Shown: positions 27,019-39,700 of the stretch, in pieces | Position numbering within the stretch: position 1 is the stretch's first letter | How the letters are laid out: the number at the start of each line of letters is the position of its first letter | Assembly (NCBI RefSeq): GCF_902652985.1 | Contig: NC_047024.1 | Coordinates: forward strand, 3,410,001-3,474,000 | From: Pecten maximus | Taxonomy: Eukaryota | Length of the DNA: 64,000 bases | Reading direction: 5' to 3' | Program-made: the position numbers and the translations under genes | Notes under the pieces: model-generated | Database searches by the model: none | Told to the model about the DNA's origin: nothing | What the model saw: only the letters and a program-made list of their open reading frames with translations

Positions 27019-27080
27019 AGAGTTATTATAAATCTATAATTATGATGATAGAGTTATTATAAATCTATAATTATGATGAT
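27019..27080. repeat. ~31-bp tandem duplication
   Basis: agagttattataaatctataattatgatgat x2. Confidence 0.85.
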
Positions 27081-29705
27081 GTATATTAATCCTTTACCTT
27101 TTGTAAATACGTTTTTAGAATAAATACACGTATCATCTTGTAGACATTCCCGTTTTTGTCTTTTTTCGTTGTGAGTTGCGTGTTTGTGATTTATGCACAC
27201 CGTTATATTGTTTTAATCGCTATTTATTGCGATAAGATATTTTACATAATCTTATTTCTAAAGCTCGTTCGATTTGATTTAATTCTATTAAGCACGCGCA
27301 TGTGTCAGCGTGTGCACGTGTCGTATAATGGTATGCCAACTATCCAGTTTCGTCTTTTAATTGTTCAACCGTTTATATCCATATTTGATGTAATGAATCA
27401 GTGTTTTGTTAAAAGGTGTAAGTTTATATTTTAATACTTCGAGAATGTTTCCTGATTCGGATACGCGGTATGCGAAAATCGTAATAACGAGTTTATGGTA
27501 TGCGTAAAGAATGTGCATAATGTGTGTAGGTTTTTGGGGATATCTTAGGAGTTCTCAACAACCTGTAATGCTCCACCAGCGCGTGTAAATTCTGTGAAAT
27601 AATTATCATACAGCTGAACTTTATTAATCGTGAATTTGACGTCACTAACTTGACATAATGATACATTCAGTTTACCCACCAATTTCTGTAAGGTCTAAAT
27701 AGCGAGCTGTGATCAGAAGATTTGAAGTTTGATTCTATATTTTGTTGTCTGTGCCGCTTTTTGACCCGTCTAAGCTGACATAAATACTCGTGTGGATTGT
27801 AGAGATTCTAAGTGTACATGTATCCGTCTTATTGTGTCGCCCCCCGTGCGGTTATTATTGTGACGAACTCATTAGAGCTCGGTATTTACACTGATACAAT
27901 TGTATGTTGGGGGTACTAATCTGATTGTGGAGCTAGAAACCATGACATCTAACTGGTGTACTTAACAACACCAAGAGAGAGGGGTTACCGTCCTTCATAA
28001 TCTCTCAATGGCGGCAATGGATTGTGTCATACCACCAAAATATCGGTCTCTATAACGCGTAATTAGTGTCGGAAGGATGTTTTGATATCTTTGGTTGGAG
28101 CGCTTTGGTGAAGCAATTGCCCCCTTATTTAGTAAATATTGTAAAATGTGTCGTTTCTTTGTGCTAAAACAATCAACGACTTGACGATAAACATGTTATT
28201 TATCAAAATACAGTTTATGTTAGTTCATACATAGAAACGACGCGTCATAACAAGGTATTGTGTTTTCTGTAAACAGGACCCAGTTTTATCAATGGTCTTT
28301 ATCTTAACGGTTCCATAGGAAAGCAGAATTTATAGAAGTTCGTTCCTTAGAATTTCCCTTAAATCCCATAGAGAAGTTAAATGTTGGGAGATTAACTTCG
28401 GGCCAGCTGTACTGTTTTGTGGTATCGGTTGAAAACTCCGAATGACAATCTCACGAACCAGTCAGTTATATAAATACGAACAGAATAAGTCATGGAAATT
28501 CAGAGTAATTTGGGGAGCAAACATCGTATTTTGTTTTACCGACAAGTGTACAGGTGCGTCCAATTGTATCCTACCTACCCGAGGTATGTCAAGTCATCAT
28601 ATGGCGTCGACTGACCTTTAACCTTTGTAACAATAACAGGTGGAAATGAGATGAACCAACAACGCGTGTAGATTTCCGCTGTAAAACAAAAACACAAGGA
28701 TAAAACAGTGTAGGTAAAAAGTGTACTGCGTGTGTCCTAATGCTACTCCAGTATACCTTACAGCTGTAGAAATAAATACCTGCTGCATCGGGTCGGTTTA
28801 CGCATGATATACTTCGTGAATATTTCTCTACATTTGTTTATATTGTTGACTGCATTGTTCTATCTGTACAGAAGGTTCTCGGCATTGTCTACTGCTTATA
28901 TAGATTGGAAATGTAACCCAGCAAAGTCATTTGTCAAATAAACATTGGACTTGACACTTGGACACGATCTCGTCACAGTGTTGCGTACGTTGTGTGTGAA
29001 TACTTTCCATTGCTCATTTGCATATGCTAATTATTACCTCGCCTCTCGGGCGACGAAATATGTCCTCTACATTGAATGCACAATGTGACAATCTGATGTA
29101 TATGTACCTGAAATGATGTAGTTTTTTTTTGTCTGTGAAATATTTAAAATTTAACAGGCTATTAACATTGTATTCTGTATTCAGGAGCGACACCATTACC
29201 CACGAATGTTTCCGATCTCTACAATAGCCAGATAATTAATAGACAGATAATAACATGACACATTTCGATAGTAATGTATTCAAATATTTTTCAAATGTTA
29301 ATTTACATATTCATGTATATTAAAATGAAATATGGGACGATAAGAAATCTATCTGATTTAAATCTGTGACGATGTAGTCTTGTCTCTCAGCTAAGGCTTT
29401 CGGACGCTCCCGTCTACGTGTGTTGTCTCAGTGAGCTGGACTATTCCACTAGATATGGCAAACTTTAATATCTAAGCCACGGCATGCTTTTTTTTTTTTT
29501 TTTTACACGAAATAGCGATTGACCTGATGATATTAGATACATCCTTTGTAATGCTGTATGTTAATGGCAGCTTCCTACAAAGACCAACACAATTATCAGC
29601 CAATCACTGCTCTTTATGGACGTCATTCGCGGTTACAGTTCAAAAACAATCTCATGACTATGACGCGGCATATTTTCTTCACATTGACGTGATGAAGATA
29701 TGGTA

Positions 29706-30255
29706 TCATGTCTATACAGTAGGACATGGAATCATGTCTATACAGTAGGACATGGAATCATGTCTATACAGTAGGACATAGAATCATGTTGACACAGTAG
29801 GACATGGAATCATGTTGACACAGTAGGACATGGAATCATGTTGACACAGTAGGACATGGAATCATGTTGACACATTGGGACATGGAATCATGTTGACACA
29901 GTAGGACATGGAATCATGTTGACACAGTAGGACATGGAATCATGTTGACACAGTAGGACATGGAATCATGTTGACACATTGGGACATGGAATCATGTTGA
30001 CACAGTAGGATATGGAATCATGTTGACACAGTAGGACATGGAATCATGTTGACACAGTAGGATATGGAATTATGTCTATACAGTAGGATATGGAATCATG
30101 TTGACACAGTGGGACATGGAATCATGTTGACACATTGGGACATGGAATCATGTTGACACAGTGGGACATGGAATCATGTCTATACAGTAGGACATAGAAT
30201 CATGTTGACACAGTAGGACATGGAATCATGTTGACACAGTAGGACATGGAATCTT
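29706..30255. repeat. Minisatellite, 26-27-bp unit, ~20 copies
   Basis: gtaggacatggaatcatgttgacaca. Confidence 0.96.
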
Positions 30256-32094
30256 GTCGATGCATCAGGTTTCTGTATTCTTGGAACAACTAAAACGCAA
30301 GATAATCATTTAATAACTTTCAATGAAAAGTACCATTAACACTTTTTTTTTCAATAAAAAGTAATATTTAACTCCTCTGTAATAAAAGCAACACCTACCC
30401 CTTACAGTATCGAATATAGCAGATGAGGTGTCAATTCATTCCATATGTTTCATATTCGTGTATCAAATATCCATTCCCCTTTATCAGGATCACAACTAAT
30501 AATCATAGAAAAGTGTAGTGATAAAATAGAGAAGCTGGACTCGAGTACAAATGAACGTACAACTCGTTGTTAAGCTTGGACTACATTAAGTTGACTCCTA
30601 TTACTTTATAGTATATTGAATAATGATCAATTACTGAGTTCGTCAGGTTCACTGACAGAATGACAGGAAATAAACGAACTTGGGTCGGTATTAATTGTAG
30701 ATCTGTTAAATTGTATTGGTGTTTTGAGGTACAAGTATGTATCAGAAATCCACGAACCTGATCAATCAAAGCTGTGACAGGACACCGAAAACAGTTACAT
30801 AAATAGGTGTCGTTACGTTCTCGGCTGATTGTCACATTGACATTGAGTTCGATCGTACGACTAACGAAGGTCACAGCGACATTTTTGTGGGAAAAGAGTT
30901 CCGCCTGCTCGGGATGGTTAACACTGATTTGACAGCTTCTAATATACAGTGATTTATCCGTTGTTTTCATGTTGAACATTTTAAAACAGTGTAGGTTAAA
31001 GGCACGTCGAGGAACTCTGATCTACTGGACAGAGTGATTTAACGTGTGGTCACCTTAACTGATCGTGCGATCGAGTGATTCGGATGTTCAGTGATTCTGG
31101 TGTTGGTGAACCCTTGATTGGTGCACGTTCTCTATCCAAAACCATTCATTAAATCCACCTTTTGGTTTTCTGTACTGGTCATGTAGATCAAATGTGGATT
31201 CGAAATGTTGAAATTTGCTGTCCAAGTCTTCCATGTGATTTTTATAACATACAAGCAATGTATCATATTGAGTTTGGTTTACTCTATTATAAAGAACACA
31301 TTCTAACCGTAGATGGCTGCAGATACACTAACATAGTATGCTTCTATATCTTTAACAGCTTCGCTTTATCATCCCAAACATGAAAGTAGAGAGTCCAATA
31401 AGCTATGCAGCTCATTTTTACGTAAAAGTAAATATTCTGACATGATAGATAGATATGTTCCACGAACAATTTTTCTTCTTTGTGAGAGAACACAAAAAAG
31501 TACAAACATATTTCACTGAAGGCATTTTGTAATTCAAAATCGTACACACCATCTAGACCAAACTTGTTTTGCAATTTCTTTGAAGTTTTCATTCTTTGGT
31601 AGCAGGTTTTGGTGAATGAACATTTTGAAACCACGCCAAAAACTTCTCAAAGACATTCTATGTGCAGATATTTCGGTAATTTCGATAAACAAACATATTT
31701 ATTTAAAGAGTATAATTTCTGAAAGGGATATTCCTTCGGGTGGTCCATTGACATTTATATAGCGATATGATTACGTGTAGATAAGTCTATGTACCAAACT
31801 GCTGGTATTGCACTGAGAAAAGAATCCTCATGTTTCAGTAAAATCTCATTGATGAATAAGGCAAGGTTACTCCACTGTCACTCGGCATGATCACATCAAA
31901 GATGTCAAACAACCAAGTCCTTTGAAGACCTTGACCTAGATTGGTATGGCGAGTGTTTTCTATGAAGCTGAAGACGCTTTCTCTTCCGGGTCACATGGTC
32001 TTATTCTCCTTACAATTCAGGAATCTCTTTGGACATCCATATGTTTGTTTATATTGAATGATGTTTTCGTGATTGTATCGGTATTCTTTGTTGT

Positions 32095-32556
32095 TTTTAT
32101 ACTAACTATCCATGTGTTTTTATACTAAATATCCATGTGTTTTTATACTAACTCTCCATGTGTTTTTATACTAAATATCCATGTGTTTTTATACTAAATA
32201 TCCATGTGTTTTTATACTAAATATCCATGTGTTTTTATACTAATTCTCCGTGTGTTTTTATACTAATTATCCATGTGTTTTATACTAAATATCCATGTGT
32301 TTTTATACTAAATATCCATGTGTTTTTATACTAAATATCCATGTGTTTTTATAGTAACTATCCATGTGTTTTTATACTAAATATCCATGTGTTTTTATAC
32401 CAACTCTCCATGTGTTTTTATACTAAATATCCATGTGTTTTTATACTAAATATCCATGTGTTTTTATACTAAATATCCATGTGTTTTTATATTAAATATC
32501 CATGTGTTTTTATACTAACTCTCCATGTGTTTTTATACTAACTATCCATATGTTTT
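32095..32556. repeat. Minisatellite, 23-bp unit, ~20 copies
   Basis: tttttatactaaatatccatgtg. Confidence 0.96.
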
Positions 32557-35500
32557 TCGCTGGTTCCAATACCTGCCTTATTCATCGTCTAATTGATTTA
32601 AAACGGATGCAAATGTTGCTATTCAGACACAGTTCGGGTCTTTCCGTCAAACTGCGAAATCATGTAATTATCGCGGAAATCCCCGAATGGTTTCCGTTCT
32701 ACTACCTACACTGTTGTCCCTTTTCTGTGGAATCGATTTGGCCCTAAGACCATTATTTTATCCTACAACTCAAAATACAATATAGTTTTTTCAATATTTT
32801 CTTTTCAATTACTTTTATCAGACAAAATTACTTCGGGCCAAACCAGAAGGTTTATTTCTTTCTGATTCATTCATAATGATTACAAAACATCAAAGATAGC
32901 TTTCCCTTTCAGTTGGAAATTAGATGAGCGATACTGCCTTTTTTAAGATAAAACGATACTGATCCTATAAAGATATTGTTACAGAAGTCCTCTTCATAAA
33001 GTTAGCAATAAACATAACATCGTTTGAACATTTCAGTCACGTGACGAATAACCAATGGCTGGCGTCATGTTTTTCAACCAGTAAAATCCAAGCCTTACTA
33101 AACAGATCGACCAACAAGGTCCCAGTTTTACAACACAGATACAACAACACGATTTTGTGGTTTTTTATATTATAATTAACATTTTTGTACATCCGATAAC
33201 AACGATATAACAGCTCTGTCTGAAAGGGTCACACAGGAAGCCTAAGGGGTCCTGGGGTCAAGTTCAAAGGTCACAACAGTCAAACAAATACAGTAAGATA
33301 AGTATTCTTCAATCAAAGTATTAGTACCATGCATAAATTTAAGAATATCAAATGTAAATGCATGGTTATGCATTACGAAGTACCACTAAGTATTGTTTAT
33401 GAAAATGCCTAAAATCACTAGTACTTCCTTTCTTTTTCATTTATGCTATTCAATTTCTATTTTGAATACCATCAAACATTTTTGTTTCAATTCGAATGTA
33501 GAATTCGAGGCTAAAACCGCGAAAATGCAACTACTTGTAGTTTAACAAACTTATGTCGAAAAGCAACATGACGTCATTCATTACACAGATAATGAGGTCA
33601 CCTTTACATATAATTTGTATCTTATCATGAAAACAGAGTGGAGAAATTAAAATGGTACCGAGGAAGGCATAGCACTATTAGGATACCCTAAGGGGCCAGG
33701 GGGTTCCGGCTAGGAACCTTAACACATAGAGAGAGAGAGAGTAGAGTTTTATTTGGAATTAGAAAAAGAAACGTTTATAATTCGATATTCTGGGTTGTGT
33801 GACACCGGTTTTGTTTATTGTGATTCTAATGAAAAAATATTATCCCTCGAATGAATAGAAGGATTGGTCGTTATCAACGAAACATTATCGATAAGATATT
33901 CATTGTTGCTTTCATTTGGTATTTTGTATCAATTCCGAAATTCGTTATGCAGTATTCTGAGAATATAGACCTATCCTCTATTTGGTCGATTTGGAATACA
34001 CTGGCTATATAACGCCGGCATTTGATGTCCGATATTAACGGTTTGATGGACTCCGAGTTGCCTGGTTTAAGTCCAGGTAGATCATCGTTTAACACGACCT
34101 AATGATGTTTTAGAGTTTTCCGAATCGTCCATTTTACATTTAGGTAAAAAATGAGTACAGTCATTATGACGCGGGCATTTCGGCACTGCTATATACGGGA
34201 AGGACGTGTTAGTCATGCAAGGTACACCAATGGGATTCAATGTTACATGGAAAGAACTCACGAGAATTCTTTAAAATCCTATTATCATCGGACTATCCTT
34301 ATGATACATAATTTACAAAAACAACATTTTTCTTTCACACCGATCTTTAGGATTTTGCCACACAAATGCTTCAATTTTAGCTTCACAGACCGGCATTTGG
34401 ATATGGTCCAATTAATATTTTTTAAAAAGACAATTGAGTTTTATTTTGATACCTTTGGAAAATATAATGATACTGACCAATTCAAAAATATCAAATTAAA
34501 TTTCAACTGGTCTTAATTTTAATTATGTTTAGTCACGCACCGAACTGGAGCATTTGTGTGACGAAACCCTTATCCTAACACACGAGCACTCAGACATGCG
34601 CAATGACGATTATGAATAAATATAAATTAATATCGATAACAATAATCTATTTACAAGCAGTACTACGGTAACGGTACAACAATATTCAGTCCAGACACTA
34701 GACACTAGAATTATATTCTCAGTTATATACAGATAACTATTCAGAGAAAAATACCCAAAATATCACTCGCATCGTGTCGAAAAAGACTTCTCCGAAGGTA
34801 CAAATATGTTTTCACGCGCTGATAATGTTCTGTAAGGATGACGTCATTGCGATTTTTACTTGCATATTCGGAGAAGCATCTTTCAAACTTAATTAAAATA
34901 CTTTCATTCTAAAACGGTCAACTATGTCACGGGTCACCCGTGTGCAATGGTACTTATTTTATAATTGTATATAACACAGTCATAGATTTCAAATGACCCA
35001 GTGGTGTCATAATTCACAGTAAACGGTACACAGTATGTTTATACCGATGTCCTGTCGATGTTTATTTAGGGCCCCATCAGGTTATCATTTGATATATAAT
35101 ATACACTTAAATAACGCTGATGGCATCGATACAATTTGTCGTATAGGGTGGACACGTGATCGATCACGTGTTATTATGCTGTATATATGGTCGTAAATAC
35201 CCTGGTTACAGGTGATCACTATTACAGGGTAGCACGGGCGATGATCAGTAGGACAGTGTCGTCATGTTCTGCTCTAGAAGCACGTGAAATTATCGTAGAA
35301 AAATATGACTGTGTAAAAGACACTCGAGATTCAGATAACGATGAATTAAAAAAACAAATGCATTTATGTTATACTTTTGAGAGAAAATGTTATAGACATG
35401 TTGTTATATAGCTCATTTCCCTTACTATTTAGACAATGCGAATTGTATATAGATTGGTAATACGGTTATACATGGGTTTGGTCATCACAAACTGCTGTCC

Positions 35501-36504
35501 CTATATCCGTTAGTTCTGCGCACGCACACATATGATGACGAATCACACATGTGACCTATATACGGCGTACACAACTGACTATACGTTGTTTACACTACAA
35601 TGGAATAAGTATTTAAATAGGTAATAGCACGAACGCTAATAGCAACTCCCACTGGAGTTGACTTCGAAATCGTGGGATATGAACATCGTTTGACATTAAT
35701 TAGTGTAGTTCCAGGCACTTCATATACTGGTTAAAGTTTGTTTTTGTATTTGATACAAACACCAGCGTTACTCTACACTTCCTTTGGTACAGAGGAGTAC
35801 CTATATATCACCTGTATCGTGTCCCTGTACATAGCACACCTGTGTAAGGACACGGACTCTACAAGTACATCAGTACCCGTCCAGTACACCTGTGTACACC
35901 TGTCCTAGTAACTGTAGGATAATCCGCTTTACATAGCACCACGTCACATTGTGTTATCCCACTGTGAGTATCACACCGTCATATTCCGAGGTGAATTGTC
36001 TGGTTCGGCGGCATCTACCCTGTATGGTAGATATATGTCCTTTGAACCTCACACTGAACAGAGCATGCGCGGCCCGCGGCCATCATGGTGTGATCCTTGT
36101 CACCAAATACATATCTGTTAAGTGGCGATCTCCATTATTCCATGCCGGTTTAAATTTACACCGGACAGAGAATTCATCAATGAATTACAATCTCTCAGAA
36201 AACACATGCGGAGCGTGTGTATGCAAAATAATGGCCAGCCGATGGTACATTTCAAAAAGTGGGTAACATCAAACGAATGTTGTTTTGTATTTCCGTCATT
36301 ATACCTTCTACCCCAACATCTGGCCGTACCACACATCACGTGGTCCCGAGAACCACTTGTTTACCTGAAAGTTGCTAAAATTCAGATGAATGGCAGTATT
36401 TGTTTTTAAATAATTGTCTGTCTTCAAAACAGAAGCATGTTTATGTTCTGTCTGAAGGATATCACAATGAGTTTGAAATGATTGATTTGGAGTATTATTG
36501 TTGA

Positions 36505-36785
36505 TCATGCGTAGACCATCACCTCACATAACACAGCACTGAACAGTCTGCTCCAACTATTGGAGGCCCCCCACGCCTCCACCAACACATACCGTCCGTC
36601 CTGGGGGCGCACGCACTGCACGTGGATTTTCTGAGAGAATAAAGCTCCATTGATTTTGGACACATAGCCACACATATTTCCGGAAACACTCGAGTCGTCT
36701 TCTCCTTTGGATTTATCATCTACATATATTATAAGCCGATCCAGGTTATTCATCATTTCGTCTTTATACGGCGTGCCTCCTTCAG
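36505..36785 (-). CDS. Exon 10 (terminal): F-type-lectin-like domain second half (...CG...VQC...GRYV...LCEVMVYA*)
   Basis: Acceptor cttttccag, GRYV and LCEV.VY motifs, TGA stop. Confidence 0.9.
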
Positions 36786-39700
36786 CTGGAAAAGTTACAC
36801 AATATTCAATCAATGAATGGTGATCAAATTTTTGTTGTTCAAACAATTGTTTGTTTAATTATTGAGATTTCCGAACTTTTACAATTGCTCGAAACCTGTT
36901 TATCAACAAAGATTTATTTGTATATTGGAACTATCATAGAATTGTTTGTATATCCTACAGAATGTTATTTGTAAAGATTATATTGTACGCATTGTATCTC
37001 GTTATAAATGTGGTTCGTACATTCCTTGATATGTGAAAGGTATAGGATAAGCTTTAGATATCCGGAAATACCCCGGCATTGCTTTCTGCGTTTCGATATT
37101 TCGAAAAATGCCAATAAAGAGCAATGTTTTTTACCGAGGACATTTTCATCGAACCAATTTGATACTACCATTGTGACGTATACTTACTCGACTCGAGCGC
37201 CGTCGTGTCGCCGCCATTGTCTATGGTGGTGCCCTCCTGCCATGTGTAAATAACTACACCGGAGATAGGATTGATTTTACCGATGTCCACCGTCCAGATC
37301 GGATTGTCGCCATATAGGTTATCCAGGATCGTACAACTGGACAGACTCACATCTATTCTCCCGTCCACAGCCCTCGACGCATGCCCATGTACGATCCTAT
37401 TCCGGATATGACGTTTGTAATGACGCTTGCTGTTAATCCACGCCTCTTTCTTGTAAGCCAGGTTTTCAACTACAAGAGTTCAACATTTATTGGCATTACT
37501 TATGAGTATATTTTACTGTGTATCGCATTGAAATGTGTTCTGTCTGTCAAAGGTAAGAATATTCTATCAATATAATGTGGAACAGGAAGTGACGTCGCAC
37601 AAAAGGTGTATTTCAAAATTCTTATCATCTTATATCCTACCATGGTATATATAACGTAGGTATAATCAAATAATTGAAAAAAATAAAAGGGTTAGTTTTC
37701 TAAAGAGAAATGAGAAGTCAGGCGACATTACTTACCACATGGCGTATCCTCGTTTACTCTCATGAACGCATCCCCACAGCCGCCTGTATGACACAAAAGA
37801 TTAGTATGGTAAGTCTCACAGCCGGGAACGTCAATCATAGAGTTTTACACGAGGTATGATGTAAAGGTAAAACTACAGAATACGTATCTGGGTTAATTAC
37901 ATATAAGACACTTATTTATGTAACAAAGATTAAAGTAGGAATAAAACCATTGTTGCAATAAAATAACCAGGTACTAATGATGAGAATTCCCAAGGTCGAG
38001 AAGAATAGACTATACAGTGTATATTATTTTGACCTTCCGAACTATGTCCAATAAATTCTCAAATATCTACTTGATTTATACAGAAAGGTCATTCCAAGGG
38101 CAATGAAAGTCTACATCACTGATAACTCCAACAAAAGCAAGCATGTCTGTTTAATGTGGCGAGGATACAGAAGAAACGGCCAAAGTAAACGATAAACAAA
38201 GACCTGTCTATTCATCAGAAATGTAAATACTCTTCCTATTATTTTCGCATGACTTGTCGGTATGTGTTGAGAGAAAACGTTTCTATGTATTTATCATGGA
38301 CAGTTATGGTCATCATCAGTTCGTTACGGTCCAATGACCACACTTAATCTGTCGGTTTATAACATACCTGTGTGGGGACATCCATACAACCCGACACGCA
38401 TGCTTATCTTGCCATGCCATTCCAGAGGGTGGAAACGGATGTAGCGTGCGACGAACGGAGAGTTGATATAATGAATTCTCTCTGTATTTTTATCGCTGTT
38501 GCCACCGAAAAGCTGAAATACCATCGAAATCATGACAATTAGTGAATGTAGAACAGGACGATACAGTTAGCAGTGCACTGGTGCTGGGGTCCTAATCCTA
38601 TTGTGCGTATTGTGCCGGTGCATTCTACTTCCGGTTTCTCCATGCGTACTGCCGGAAGTGTAGTAGAATCATGCTCCGGGAGTTCAAACAATCAACACAC
38701 GCACGTGCAATGAACGTCGGAAAACAAGAGATCGAGTGTACAACTTGAAATGCAAAATCATACCATGTGTTTGAGATCGAATGTCTAAAAATAAATAAAG
38801 GGGATTTCCCTGCACATGCATTTGATACCAATATGATGGTGTTAGATTTCAGTTATATATTAATATCGTTAGAAGCCAGAGAAGGCTCGACAGAATATTT
38901 CAATTAGTACACAGGATTTGGATTGGGTTACGGTAAGTTGACATGCAATGTTAAGGCAGTGGATATGCACGCATGCAATGTGATATGAAAGTGATTATTT
39001 CCGGGCATGACATTTGTCCGGGCGGCCAATCAGAAGTGTTCGTCAAACAATACGTTATTTACCATCTTATCTGGTGCACGTGACAAGCTAGCTTGCAGAT
39101 TGTGATGTGCTTAAAATTCAAATATCATCAACATGTTGTATAATATTCCATGCGTACAATTATAAAAAGTTTACTATTACTAAGTCCAACCAATAATAAA
39201 TCTCAATTTAAAGCATGATTTGGAAGAATATAATCTATAAAATGACAACCAAACTACGTTGTCTTAATTCAACTATCTGCTGACAAGCTATTTTAACTAA
39301 CTGGTTTCATTGTTCAACTGAATTAAAATTAGAATTAAAACAAAGGCCAAATATCAATTGATATGTTGAACAATCAGACCAATACACTATTCCTTTATTG
39401 TTTGCTATGGGCACCTAATTCTTCTTCCTAATTAATTATCTGACTGTAGCATCTGTGGTTATGCATACCATTAGCAAAAGGACATTCCTCAATTATATAA
39501 CCCCTTGGCCTGTGATATTTTAAAATGTCACCATTTCACAGCTCATATAACAAACATATACTGTTGTTACTGTGTTAACATTGAGCCATATACAGATTAA
39601 TTAACGAAACGACCCGAAATGAAATGATATGCAAATCCACAGTGTCGCCAAAGGTCAGTTTGAATAGACAGCGCCACCTGTAGGGTTAGTTCTTACCAGG

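Noticed and set aside
31600-31720. Minus-strand CLSKL/ISAHR resembling the C-terminal part of a LINE ORF2
   Set aside because: It needs a frameshift and the flanking motifs are not recognisable. Too short to call without a search.
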